A DNA stretch of 64,000 nucleotides, from the NCBI GenBank assembly GCA_016207885.1, contig JACQZE010000014.1, positions 25,724-89,723 of the forward strand. The letters are read 5' to 3'. The stretch is from Nitrospirota bacterium (lineage in GTDB: Bacteria > Nitrospirota > Thermodesulfovibrionia > UBA6902). Under the pieces are notes generated by a model. It was not told where the DNA came from, did not search any database, and was given only the letters and a program-made list of their open reading frames with translations. Each line of letters opens with the position of its first letter. Positions within the stretch are counted from its first letter, which is position 1. Made by a program: the position numbers and the translations under genes. Shown piece after piece: positions 10,375 to 19,908 of the stretch.

Positions 10375-10478
10375 TAATAACTGGCTATGCATTAAAAAGA
10401 GATCGGCAGATAACAATAATTTTCAGCTCTTATTATTTCTTGCCTATAGAAAGTGGATTTTATACAATAATGCCATGA
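10329..10478 (+). pseudogene. nadD 5' remnant: first 15 codons of nadD fused to 34 unrelated codons
   Basis: ATG at 10329 opens MKIGIFGGAFNPVHY, identical to the NadD N-terminus at 12345, and then diverges. The stop TGA at 10476-10478 overlaps the methyltransferase ATG at 10475 (ATGA). Confidence 0.8.
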
Positions 10479-11419
10479 AAGCATTCGAGACAACAAAGTA
10501 TCTTTTCAGGAAAGAAGAAATAAGTATTGGCAAAACATATCAGATTCAAGCTGAAAGTTCCGGCGTTAGACTGCATTATGAACATCCGAACGGGAAACTT
10601 TATCAAGGAGACAGTATCGCCTGGCTAAATTCTTTAGAGGACGAAAGCGTAGACTTAATATTTGCTGATCCTCCATATAATATTAATAAAGCGGAGTGGG
10701 ACAATTTTGAAAGCCAGGAGCATTATATAGAGTGGTCATTAAAATGGATTGAACCGTCAGCCAGGATTTTAAAGCCGCACGGCTCGTTATACGTCTGTGG
10801 ATTTTCAGAGATATTGGCTGACCTCAAACATCCAACCGCAAAATATTTTAAGTCATGTCGCTGGTTGATATGGCATTATAAAAATAAGGCGAATCTTGGA
10901 AACGACTGGGGGCGCTCCCATGAAAGCATTATCCATTTTCGCAAAGCCTCAAAAGGCAAACTGAATATAGATGAAATTCGTATTCCATACGGAGCGCATA
11001 CCTTAAAATATCCATCACATCCACAGGCTGTAACCAGTCAGTATGGGAATGGCGAGAATAGAGAACATTGGAAGCCGCACCCAAGAGGCGCGAAACCCAA
11101 GGACGTTATAGACATTCCAACTACGTGCAACGGAATGGGAGAAAAAACGCCTCACCCCACGCAAAAACCTGAAGAGCTTGTGCGTAAGTTTGTTCTGGCA
11201 TCTTCCAATAAAGGCGATATTGTCCTTGATCCCTTCTCAGGTTCAGGCACAACACTTGTTGTGGCAGAACAATTAAACCGCCGATGGTTAGGTTGTGACA
11301 TAAACGCGGAGTATAATGAATTGGCAATTGAGCGGCTTGAACACGTTAAGAATATGTCGATAGAAGATTGGATTGAACATGACAGAAAAGTTCAAGAGAG
11401 GCGGGAGTCTATCCGATGA
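10475..11419 (+). CDS. Beta-class DNA methyltransferase (N6-adenine/N4-cytosine family, DPPY type)
   Basis: Motif IV (DLIFADPPYNI) precedes motif I (DPFSGSGTTLVVA), and TQKPEEL is present. This permuted order is typical of the N6_N4_Mtase family. I moved the start from ORF-track 10313 to ATG 10475, because the upstream part reads through the nadD duplicate out of frame. Confidence 0.85.
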   Translation: MKAFETTKYLFRKEEISIGKTYQIQAESSGVRLHYEHPNGKLYQGDSIAWLNSLEDESVDLIFADPPYNINKAEWDNFESQEHYIEWSLKWIEPSARILKPHGSLYVCGFSEILADLKHPTAKYFKSCRWLIWHYKNKANLGNDWGRSHESIIHFRKASKGKLNIDEIRIPYGAHTLKYPSHPQAVTSQYGNGENREHWKPHPRGAKPKDVIDIPTTCNGMGEKTPHPTQKPEELVRKFVLASSNKGDIVLDPFSGSGTTLVVAEQLNRRWLGCDINAEYNELAIERLEHVKNMSIEDWIEHDRKVQERRESIR

Positions 11420-12318
11420 CATTATCAAAAATAGTCAGGATTGTATCAAATAAGGAAAAGTTCTTAACTCTCAAGGATTATATCGAGTTTTGCAAGTTGT
11501 ATTTGGAATTTGCCACTGCCGGACTTCAAGCTGTCATTGTATCTCAGAATGAAAACCACTATCGTTTTTATCAGTATAAAAAAGACGGTCATTTCAACAT
11601 TACACGGCCAATTAATTCAAATCTAATGTATGAATTTCCTGATATCCCAAAGATAGAAAAAGATTTTTTTAAAATCCTCAACTCAGTTAGAGACATTCCC
11701 GCAGATGATAAGCGTAACCGCGAATTAATAAAGCGAGGCATTTACACTATTCAACAATCAATCGGTGCAGCACTTGACGCTTTACCTGCTGGTGCATCGA
11801 ATAAGGCCAGAAAGGTTAATGGAGATCTTTTTGAGAGGTTTATCCAACTGTTGATTAAAGAAATCGGTGTCAAATGCAAAACTGGAACAGTCCAAGTTCC
11901 TGTATATATAAAGAATGAATTTCAGTTTAACATGAGCTATCAGCACGACCTTCTTCTATACAAGGATGAGACTTTGAAAGTCATTGGGTCAGTGAAGACA
12001 TCGAGCAAGGACAGGATTGATAAAATATTTCTTGATAAATTTCTCTACTGCAAACTGACAAATACCATGCTGCCGCATATAGCCATCTTTCTCAATGACG
12101 TGCAGAGAAAAAACAGCAAACGGCAAGATGAATATGGAATTAATGCTACCTTCCTCCCCGGACATTTCAAAGCTTTTACAGTCAAATTAAACCCGCTTGA
12201 TGGAGTTTATTATTGTGACATTAGACCGAATATGGAAATAGACGACCTCTTGAAAAAACATATACGAACAATAGACCACTTCTTTTGTTCCGATATTTGG
12301 TCTTTCATAGAGAGTTAA
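11416..12318 (+). CDS. Putative type II restriction endonuclease partner of the methyltransferase
   Basis: 300-aa ORF overlapping the MTase stop by 4 bp (ATGA). A candidate PD-(D/E)xK-like arrangement is present (LFERF ... QHDLLLY ... GSVKTSSKDR). I recognise no specific family. Confidence 0.45.
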   Translation: MTLSKIVRIVSNKEKFLTLKDYIEFCKLYLEFATAGLQAVIVSQNENHYRFYQYKKDGHFNITRPINSNLMYEFPDIPKIEKDFFKILNSVRDIPADDKRNRELIKRGIYTIQQSIGAALDALPAGASNKARKVNGDLFERFIQLLIKEIGVKCKTGTVQVPVYIKNEFQFNMSYQHDLLLYKDETLKVIGSVKTSSKDRIDKIFLDKFLYCKLTNTMLPHIAIFLNDVQRKNSKRQDEYGINATFLPGHFKAFTVKLNPLDGVYYCDIRPNMEIDDLLKKHIRTIDHFFCSDIWSFIES

Positions 12319-12323
12319 TAGAC

Positions 12324-12390
12324 AAAAGGTAAAATTCATAATCCATGAAGATCGGTATATTCGGCGGCGCGTTCAATCCTGTTCACTATG
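12324..12390. repeat. Right copy of the 67-bp direct repeat (functional nadD start)
   Basis: See the left copy. 62 of 67 positions are identical and the 3' 47 nt are perfect. Confidence 0.95.
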
Positions 12391-13007
12391 GCCATCTGAA
12401 GACTGCTGATGAAGTCCTCAGGGTACTCTCGCTTGATAAGATAATTTTTGTTCCGGCAGGCAGCCCGCCGTTTAATAAACCCGGACTTGCGGAAGCAGGG
12501 CAAAGGTTTGAGATGGTAAAGGCGGCGATCGCGGGCCATCCTGAATTTGAGGTTTCAGATATTGAACTGAGAAGAGAAGGAAAGTCTTATACGATCGAGA
12601 CCGTAGAGAAATTGGCTGAGAAAGGTGCGGCTCTTTTTTTAATTATCGGGATAGACGCTTTCAGGGACATGCCGCTGTGGAAAGAGACGGATAGGCTCTT
12701 CTCCATGGTCAATGTTGTTGTGATCTCAAGGCCGGGTTATTCATTTGCAGGGTTGTCATCATCACCCTATCTGAAAAGAGTATCAATAGAGGTGCTGGAT
12801 GAGCTTGACAGCGGAAAGAGAAGATTGTTTGCGCTTCCCACCTCAGGAGAAAAGGAGATCATCCTCTGCAAGGTGGTCGATGTGAATGTCTCTTCATCGC
12901 ATATAAGAGAGGCGATAAGCAGGGGGATGGATACAGCGAGCCTCTTGCCTGAATCTGTTAAATCCTATATAATTTTGCATAACCTGTATAAAAATAATAA
13001 TAACTGA
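12345..13007 (+). CDS. nadD: Nicotinate-nucleotide adenylyltransferase
   Basis: 220 aa with the N-terminal GIFGGAFNPVHYGH (HxGH nucleotidyltransferase motif) and a C-terminal SSSHIR-type motif. Confidence 0.9.
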   Translation: MKIGIFGGAFNPVHYGHLKTADEVLRVLSLDKIIFVPAGSPPFNKPGLAEAGQRFEMVKAAIAGHPEFEVSDIELRREGKSYTIETVEKLAEKGAALFLIIGIDAFRDMPLWKETDRLFSMVNVVVISRPGYSFAGLSSSPYLKRVSIEVLDELDSGKRRLFALPTSGEKEIILCKVVDVNVSSSHIREAISRGMDTASLLPESVKSYIILHNLYKNNNN

Positions 13008-13065
13008 AGAGTGGGAACCTGCAAATAATGAGCGGCCTGAGGCGTACTCTTTCAAAGGACATCGA

Positions 13066-13440
13066 TTGAAAAAAAGTAAAACTTCCATAGATAAAATAAT
13101 TAAAGAAAGAGCTGTTGAAGCGGCAAAGATCGCTTCCGGAAAGAAAGCAAAAGATATCATCATCCTTCAGCTTGCAGGCCTCACGGCATTCGCTGACTAT
13201 TTTGTGATCTGTTCAGGTGAAAATCCGGTCCAGATAAGAACCATAGCCGAGGCTATTGAGAAGGACTTTAAAACGAATGCCGGCATCATGCCTATGGGCA
13301 TAGAGGGGCTGGCGAACGGGCAGTGGGTATTGATGGATTACGGTGATATAATAATTCATATATTTAATGAGGAGTCCAGGTCTTTCTATAACCTTGAAAA
13401 GCTCTGGATGGATGCGCCGAGGATATCTTTCAAGGGTTAA
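13066..13440 (+). CDS. rsfS: Ribosomal silencing factor RsfS
   Basis: 124 aa, with DYFVICSG and WVLMDYGDIIIHIF typical of the RsfS/IojAP family. It occupies the conserved position after nadD. TTG start. Confidence 0.85.
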   Translation: MKKSKTSIDKIIKERAVEAAKIASGKKAKDIIILQLAGLTAFADYFVICSGENPVQIRTIAEAIEKDFKTNAGIMPMGIEGLANGQWVLMDYGDIIIHIFNEESRSFYNLEKLWMDAPRISFKG

Positions 13441-13461
13441 TGTTCATTTTAAGGAAATAGA

Positions 13462-14778
13462 ATGGGAAAGTTAATAGTTCTCTTTATTTTGATCTTCATC
13501 TCAGCGCTCGGCATGCTTGCGTTCTTAAACAGCAGCACCGTCTCTGTGACAGTCTGGCAGGGGACCACTTTTAAAGATATCCCCATTATCGCAGTTATTC
13601 TCATGTCAACGGCGATAGGTTTCTTCTCAATGTTCATTGTGGCGGTCTTCAGGGATGCAAAGCGCTTTATCGATAACTGGCAGGCGCAGCGCAGCCAGAA
13701 GGAAGAGCAGAAGATAGAGCAGCAATATGCAAAGGGGTTGAACGCGTTCCATGCCTCAAGGTTTGATGAGGCTGCCGAACTTCTTAAGCGCATAAATGAC
13801 GAAGAGCCAAAGCATGCGAACGCCTTTTTGCGGCTTGGAGATGTATATTTCACAAAGGGTGACCTTGTAAGCGCAAGGGACTATTATGCCAAAGCCGCTG
13901 CCCTCAAGCCGAGGGACATAGAGATACTGATGTCTCTGGAAAGGGTATTTGAGAAAGAACAGAAGTGGCAGGATGCCCTGAAATATCTCAACAGGGTGCT
14001 TGATATTGATGAAGGCAACCTTATGGCGCTCCGTAAGAAGAGAGATATCTTTGATAAGACCCGAAGATGGGAGGATGTGATAGATGTCCAGAGCAAGATA
14101 CTCAAGGGTGATCTCTCCGCTGATGAGATAATTAATGAGGAGGATATGCTTCTCGGATATAGATATGAACTATGCCGGCAGCAGATCACATCCGGTAATT
14201 CTGATAAGGCGGTAAAGGCACTGAGGTCGATCATCAAGGCTGACAAGGATTTTGTAGCTGCCCACATCGCCCTCGCAGAGACATGCCTTGAAGAGAATCA
14301 GGATGATGATGCGATAGAGGTACTTATTAACGGGTATCAAACCACGTCATCACTTGTATTCCTTGCCAGGCTTGAGGATCTTTTCCTCTCCATAGGCGAG
14401 CCCGGCAAGATCATAGATTTTTATATTGAGTCTGCTGAAAAGAACTCTGCGGATCCCAGGATACAGTTCCTTCTTGCAAAGCTGTATTATCGTCTTGAGA
14501 TGATCGATGACGCGCTTAATACTCTGACCAATGTTGATTTCTCTGTTTTTGATTCTTCTGACATACATGTGCTGTTAGGCAATATCTACCAAAGGCGCTC
14601 GCAGTACGAACAGGCCGCGGATGAGTTTAAAAAGGCGCTTAAGGTCGATAAACCGATCGTCATACCTTTCTGCTGTTCGAAATGCAGCTATACCTCCAGG
14701 AAATGGGCGGGCAGGTGCCCTGAATGCAAGAGCTGGAACACGCTTGCCTTTGATCTGAATGGCGCCTGTAAAAAATAA
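13462..14778 (+). CDS. LapB/YciM-like LPS assembly regulator with a LapA-like two-TM N-terminus
   Basis: 438 aa: two N-terminal TM helices, a long TPR region, and a C-terminal rubredoxin-type CxxC...CxxC (CCSKCSYTSRKWAGRCPECKSW). Confidence 0.7.
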   Translation: MGKLIVLFILIFISALGMLAFLNSSTVSVTVWQGTTFKDIPIIAVILMSTAIGFFSMFIVAVFRDAKRFIDNWQAQRSQKEEQKIEQQYAKGLNAFHASRFDEAAELLKRINDEEPKHANAFLRLGDVYFTKGDLVSARDYYAKAAALKPRDIEILMSLERVFEKEQKWQDALKYLNRVLDIDEGNLMALRKKRDIFDKTRRWEDVIDVQSKILKGDLSADEIINEEDMLLGYRYELCRQQITSGNSDKAVKALRSIIKADKDFVAAHIALAETCLEENQDDDAIEVLINGYQTTSSLVFLARLEDLFLSIGEPGKIIDFYIESAEKNSADPRIQFLLAKLYYRLEMIDDALNTLTNVDFSVFDSSDIHVLLGNIYQRRSQYEQAADEFKKALKVDKPIVIPFCCSKCSYTSRKWAGRCPECKSWNTLAFDLNGACKK

Positions 14779-15361
14779 AAAAGACAGGCTCGTCCTTGAT
14801 ACAAGCCTCTTTGTAAATCCTGATGTGCGCAATCACTTTGGAAATTCGCCCACCGAGGCCATGGAAAATTTTCTGCGCATGGCAGAGCAGATCCCGTCGC
14901 TTGAGTTTTATATGCCGTCATCTATCTTTAACGAACTCCTGAACTTTGTGGACAAGAAGAAGATACCGGGAGCGCTCCTTGCCGTTATTCATCAGAAATC
15001 GCCGAGTAAACACGAGCTGACCACCCCGGCCTTCTTTCTCTATGAGCTTATTGAAGATATGAGGCAGAGGATAAACAAGGGGCTGAGGGTTGCCGAGACT
15101 GCCGTGAAGAGCGCGGGCAAGCTTGATGAGCGGGAGATCATACAGAATATGAGGAAGGGCTACAGGGAGGCGCTCAGAGAGGGCATCCTCGACAGCAAAG
15201 AAGACGTTGACCTCATACTCCTTGCGAAAGAGCTTGATGCGGTGCTTGTGACGGTTGACCAGGGCGCCATAAAATGGGCTGAGAAGCTCGGCATCAGATG
15301 GCTGATCCCTGAGAAGTTCAAAGAGTATCTTGAAAGTTTTATAGACAATTCAAAAGAATAA
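14759..15361 (+). CDS. PIN-domain-like protein
   Basis: 200 aa with N-terminal LVLDTSLF and C-terminal LVTVDQG acidic motifs in PIN-like spacing. It overlaps the preceding gene's end. Confidence 0.45.
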   Translation: MAPVKNKKDRLVLDTSLFVNPDVRNHFGNSPTEAMENFLRMAEQIPSLEFYMPSSIFNELLNFVDKKKIPGALLAVIHQKSPSKHELTTPAFFLYELIEDMRQRINKGLRVAETAVKSAGKLDEREIIQNMRKGYREALREGILDSKEDVDLILLAKELDAVLVTVDQGAIKWAEKLGIRWLIPEKFKEYLESFIDNSKE

Positions 15362-15531
15362 TCCCCCCTTGAATTCCCCGGTTGTTATTGTATAGTTATT
15401 ATATAACGGGCTATAACATCGCAAAATATATCATCATCGATCCAAACTTGACTCAGGGGAAACCCTGCTATAAATCAGAGGGAACCTGATACATTTTTTT
15501 AAAGGTTTCTGTTAATGTGAGGGCAGCGGGA

Positions 15532-18345
15532 ATGCTGAAAATCAGGTCGCTTACCACGAAATATGTCATCATCGGTTCAATCTTTCTGTTCATTGTGACT
15601 GCCTTCACTTTTACGTCATTCTGGTTCACCGAACATTTAAAGAGCGAGGCAAGGAGGATCAATGTCGCAGGCTCGCTGAAGATGGAGATGATTGAGATAG
15701 CCTGGCTCTTTAACAGGGCAGGGCATGAAGCAGGCGCGGAGCGCAGCCGGACGATTGAAATCGTCATCATAAAAGAGATCGCTGAAATAGACAAGGCGCT
15801 CAATGATATTAAATACGGGGACAAGAGTACCGGGCTTGGCCCCCTGGCTCACAAGCCGTTAATTGTTCCCTTAGATAGTCTTGTCTCAAAATGGCAGACA
15901 GAAGCCAAGCCAATGATAATAGAGACCGCTGACAAGGTTCTAAAAGGGGAGAAGGGCGCTCAGGTGGGATACGATATCAGGAGCAAGAGATGTATTGAAA
16001 CAATTGACTCGTTTCTCAACCGGCTTGTTGAAAATTACGAGTTTGAGTTCAAACTATACAATGATTTGCGTTTTGCCATTATCGGATTTTCTTTTGTTAT
16101 ATTCATGGCGATGGCTGTTTATGTCAGGAAGAAACTCGTCTCACCCATTATGCAATTAAAAGAAATGGCAGGGATGATAGAGAAAGGGTTTTATGATGTG
16201 TCAGCGGCTGTAGATAATAAAGATGAACTGGGAGAGCTTGCGCAAAGTTTTAATCATATGGCGAAAACTCTTGATGTAACATTCGACAGGAACATCGGGC
16301 TTATTCACAGCCTTAACGCGTTATATGACGTCTCCAAAGAGATATTGAGCATTCGTGACATCAACCTGCTTCTTGAAAAAATAGCTGATAACGCCCGCAA
16401 GCTGCTGGGCGCTAAATATGCCGTGATCAGCATTCTGAACAAAGAGGGGAGATATGAATACTTTGTGCCTTCCGGCATCCCGCCTGACCTTTTCAAGAAG
16501 ATGAAGAGAGAACATGGACTACCTGTGGGAAAAGGGCTTCTCGGTTATTTATTAAAAGAGGGCAAATCGGTCCGTGTTTCTGATATATCGAAGCATTCTG
16601 AATTTGTGGGGCTGCCGGCCGGACACCCCCCGATGAAGACATTTCTTGGTGTGCCGGTCAGCCTGCAAAATGAGATCATTGGAAGGCTTTATTTCGCGGA
16701 TAAACTTGACGGGGAACCATTTAATCAGGATGACGAGAATCTGGCGGTCTCCTTTACCGCTATCGTCTCTCTTGCGATAAATAATGTCCGGATGCTGGAA
16801 AAGGTCAATCTTCTTGCCTCATTTCCAGAGAAGAACCCCCATCCTGTGCTTGAATGTGATTCAAGTTGCAATATCACATATATTAATCCGGCAGCGTCTG
16901 ACATTATTAAAGCCCAAGGCATTAGAGGACATGCTTTAATACCTTCAGATATTCAGGAGATCGCGGAAGGGATGAGGCTCTCCGGTGTGCATGTGACGTA
17001 CCATGAAATAAAAGTCGGCGGTATGCTGTTCGGTGAATATATTCACCTCTTGCCGGATAATGAGACTATCAGGATATATGGTTTTGATATAACCGAGCGC
17101 AAGTCTGCCGAAGAGAAGCTCAGAGAGAGTGAATCCAGCCTTCAAAGGGCCCAGTCTGTCGCGCATATCGGAAGCTGGTATCTGGACATAATACATGATG
17201 AACTCTTCTGGTCTGAAGAGACTTACCGCATATTCGGTATCCCGATGGAAGCTACCTTGTCCTATAAGTGTTTTCTTGATGTCGTTCATCCCGATGACAG
17301 GGAATTACTTGATAAGGCATGGGCTGCCGCTCTCAAGGGGGAGCCTTACGATATCAAGCATCGCGTATTGGTTGACGGCAATCTGAAGTGGGTGAGGGAG
17401 ATTGCCGAGATAGAGTTCAACAAAGAAGGCGCTGCTGTAAAAGGGATAGGAACGGTTCAGGATATAACAGCGCTGAAAGAGGCTGAAGATGAGCTTAAAG
17501 AATACAGTGAGAAGCTTGAAGATAAGGTGAAGAAGAGGACGGAAGAGCTTGAAGTGGCAAAGTTTCAGGCAGAGGCGGCAAACACGGCAAAGTCGGAGTT
17601 CCTGGCAAACATGTCGCATGAGCTCAGGACGCCGCTTAATTCCATATTGGGGTTTTCAGATGTTTTAATAAACGGCATGGCCGGCCCTCTGACCGGGAAG
17701 CAGATAGAATTCACGACAGATATAAAAGACAGCGGCAGCCACCTCCTCAGCCTGATAAATGACATTCTCGACCTCTCAAAGGTCGAGGCGGGCAAGATGG
17801 AGCTTGATCCGGGCAGTTTCAACCTGAAGGATTTACTGAACAACAGCCTTGCGATGTTTAAAGAGAAGGCTATGAAACATAAGATAAAGATTAAATTTGA
17901 AGCAGGCCGAGGGGTGGGTGCAATAACTGCAGATGAGAGAAAGATAAAACAGGTAGTCTTTAACCTGCTCAGCAACGCCCTGAAATTCACGCCTGACGGG
18001 GGAAGCGTGAGCGTTGCAGCACGGCTAACGCCCCCGGCTTCGCCACCCCCTCTTAGCTTAAGACCAACAGTAGGTGCTCTTAAGCAGGGGGGCGAGGGGG
18101 AGTTAATCGAGATCAGTGTCGCCGACACAGGCATCGGCATCGCCGCTGAGGACATGGGGAAGCTCTTTCAGCCTTTTCAGCAGATTGAGCACCATCTTTC
18201 CAAGAAGTATGAAGGAACAGGGCTGGGGCTGAGCCTTTGCAAGCAGTTTGTTGAACTTCACGGCGGAAGGATATGGGTTGAGAGCGAGGTGGGCAAGGGC
18301 AGCAGGTTTGTATTTACTCTTCCCTTGACCGGAGGGAACGAATGA
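15532..18345 (+). CDS. Sensor histidine kinase (TM-HAMP-GAF-PAS-HisKA-HATPase)
   Basis: The H-box ([16 protein letters not shown]), N-box ([11 protein letters not shown]), G1 (VADTGIGI) and G2 (GTGLGLSL) are all present. The ORF opens at GTG 15517, but ATG 15532 behind a GAGGG RBS is the likelier start. Confidence 0.88.
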   Translation: MLKIRSLTTKYVIIGSIFLFIVTAFTFTSFWFTEHLKSEARRINVAGSLKMEMIEIAWLFNRAGHEAGAERSRTIEIVIIKEIAEIDKALNDIKYGDKSTGLGPLAHKPLIVPLDSLVSKWQTEAKPMIIETADKVLKGEKGAQVGYDIRSKRCIETIDSFLNRLVENYEFEFKLYNDLRFAIIGFSFVIFMAMAVYVRKKLVSPIMQLKEMAGMIEKGFYDVSAAVDNKDELGELAQSFNHMAKTLDVTFDRNIGLIHSLNALYDVSKEILSIRDINLLLEKIADNARKLLGAKYAVISILNKEGRYEYFVPSGIPPDLFKKMKREHGLPVGKGLLGYLLKEGKSVRVSDISKHSEFVGLPAGHPPMKTFLGVPVSLQNEIIGRLYFADKLDGEPFNQDDENLAVSFTAIVSLAINNVRMLEKVNLLASFPEKNPHPVLECDSSCNITYINPAASDIIKAQGIRGHALIPSDIQEIAEGMRLSGVHVTYHEIKVGGMLFGEYIHLLPDNETIRIYGFDITERKSAEEKLRESESSLQRAQSVAHIGSWYLDIIHDELFWSEETYRIFGIPMEATLSYKCFLDVVHPDDRELLDKAWAAALKGEPYDIKHRVLVDGNLKWVREIAEIEFNKEGAAVKGIGTVQDITALKEAEDELKEYSEKLEDKVKKRTEELEVAKFQAEAANTAKSEFLANMSHELRTPLNSILGFSDVLINGMAGPLTGKQIEFTTDIKDSGSHLLSLINDILDLSKVEAGKMELDPGSFNLKDLLNNSLAMFKEKAMKHKIKIKFEAGRGVGAITADERKIKQVVFNLLSNALKFTPDGGSVSVAARLTPPASPPPLSLRPTVGALKQGGEGELIEISVADTGIGIAAEDMGKLFQPFQQIEHHLSKKYEGTGLGLSLCKQFVELHGGRIWVESEVGKGSRFVFTLPLTGGNE

Positions 18346-18716
18346 AAAAGATCCTTATAATTGATGATAACGAAAAGAACCGTAAACTCTTTAAAGTTAT
18401 CCTTGAGAGCCGCGGGTATGAAACTGTTGAGGCTGATAACGGGAAAGAGGGTATCCGCCTTGCAAGGGAGACTAAACCACTTCTCGTCCTGATGGACATA
18501 CAGATGCCGGGAATGGACGGGATCGAGGCGGCAAAAAGACTTAAGTCGGAAGATGAGACAGCGGGCATTCCGGTAATCGCAGTAACGTCATACGCGATGA
18601 AAGGCGACAGGGAAAAATTTCTTGAGACCGGCTTTACCGATTATGTCTCCAAACCCATAGACGTCAATGAATTTATCGCTGCAATTGATAAATATATGCA
18701 TGGAGAAGGGATATGA
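18342..18716 (+). CDS. Stand-alone CheY-like response regulator
   Basis: 124-aa receiver domain ([10 protein letters not shown] ... [12 protein letters not shown] ... SKP). Overlaps the kinase by 4 bp. Confidence 0.88.
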   Translation: MKKILIIDDNEKNRKLFKVILESRGYETVEADNGKEGIRLARETKPLLVLMDIQMPGMDGIEAAKRLKSEDETAGIPVIAVTSYAMKGDREKFLETGFTDYVSKPIDVNEFIAAIDKYMHGEGI

Positions 18717-19813
18717 CTGAAAAAAAGAAACAGAAGATCCTGATCGTTGATGATGAAGAGAAGAATGTGAAACTGCTTGACGCACTCTGCGTACACCTCG
18801 GATATGAGATATTGGCCGCAGGCAACGGGGCTGAAGCTGTTGAAAAGGCATTAAAAGATATGCCCGACCTGATCCTTATGGACATAATGATGCCTGTGAT
18901 GAATGGTTTTGAAGCGACGGAGAAGCTCAAAGCTGACGGCCTTACCAAACATATCCCGATAATAATAGTAACAGCGCTTGATTCCAGAGAAGACAGGCTG
19001 ACAGGCATTTCAAAAGGCGCAAGTGATTTTCTGACAAAACCGATTGATTCCGAAGAAGTGGCATTGCGTATCAGGAACAACCTTGAGATAAAGCAGTACC
19101 ATGATTTTCTGAAAGAGCATAATATTATTCTTGAGGCGCAGGTTGCCGAGAGGACAAAAGAGCTGACAGAGGCCTTTGCGAGCCTTGGGAAGGCGCACAA
19201 AAAGATCGAGTCCAGCTATGTAGAATCCGTGCGGAGGCTTACTATCGCCGCTGAGTACAAGGATGATGAAACGGGAGCGCATATAAGAAGGGTGGGATAC
19301 TATACAAAGCTGGTCGCTGAAAAGATGGGCATGGACAGGGATTTCTCAGAGAACATCTTTTATGCCGCGCCGATGCATGATATCGGCAAGGTCGGGATAC
19401 CTGATGCCATTCTTTTGAAACCGGGCAAACACACCGGAGCGGAATGGAAGATCATGATGACTCACACGATAATCGGTTCAAATATCCTCAAAGGCGCGGA
19501 ATCTCCGTTTCTCAGGATGGGCGCTGAAATAGCCATTTCTCACCATGAAAAGTGGAGCGGCGGGGGATATCCCAACGGCCTGAAAGGAGATGCGATACAC
19601 TTGGCAGGCAGGATAATGAATATCGCTGACCAGTATGACGCACTGAGAAGCAGGCGCCCTTACAAACCTGCTTTTGACCATGATAAAGCGGTCGAGATAA
19701 TAACCATAGGCGACGGCAGGACGATGCCTGAGCACTTTGACCCTGATGTGCTTGAGGCGTTCAAAAAACTGACTGATGACTTTAATGAAATATTTGAGAC
19801 ACATCAGGATTAG
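18713..19813 (+). CDS. Response regulator with HD-GYP c-di-GMP phosphodiesterase output (RpfG-like)
   Basis: 366 aa: a REC domain ([10 protein letters not shown] ... [12 protein letters not shown]) followed by HDIGKVGI and [14 protein letters not shown]. Confidence 0.85.
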   Translation: MTEKKKQKILIVDDEEKNVKLLDALCVHLGYEILAAGNGAEAVEKALKDMPDLILMDIMMPVMNGFEATEKLKADGLTKHIPIIIVTALDSREDRLTGISKGASDFLTKPIDSEEVALRIRNNLEIKQYHDFLKEHNIILEAQVAERTKELTEAFASLGKAHKKIESSYVESVRRLTIAAEYKDDETGAHIRRVGYYTKLVAEKMGMDRDFSENIFYAAPMHDIGKVGIPDAILLKPGKHTGAEWKIMMTHTIIGSNILKGAESPFLRMGAEIAISHHEKWSGGGYPNGLKGDAIHLAGRIMNIADQYDALRSRRPYKPAFDHDKAVEIITIGDGRTMPEHFDPDVLEAFKKLTDDFNEIFETHQD

Positions 19814-19860
19814 AAGGAATCAGTAAGATATCTTTCCCGACATCAGGCGTGTATAAATAT

Positions 19861-19895
19861 AAAAGGCCGGCAGGAAAATATCCTGCCGGCCTTTT
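19861..19895. terminator. Bidirectional intrinsic terminator between convergent genes
   Basis: Perfect 14-bp stem (aaaaggccggcagg / cctgccggcctttt) with a 7-nt loop, flanked by A/T runs on both sides. Confidence 0.8.
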
Positions 19896-19908
19896 GTCAA
19901 CTGATCAA

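Noticed and set aside
10313-10474. N-terminal 54-codon extension of the methyltransferase ORF as given in the ORF track.
   Set aside because: This stretch reads the duplicated nadD 5' end out of frame (MQFTSHEDRYIRRRVQ...) and has no MTase-like sequence. The ATG at 10475 gives a normal beta-class MTase N-terminus and an ATGA junction with the nadD remnant.
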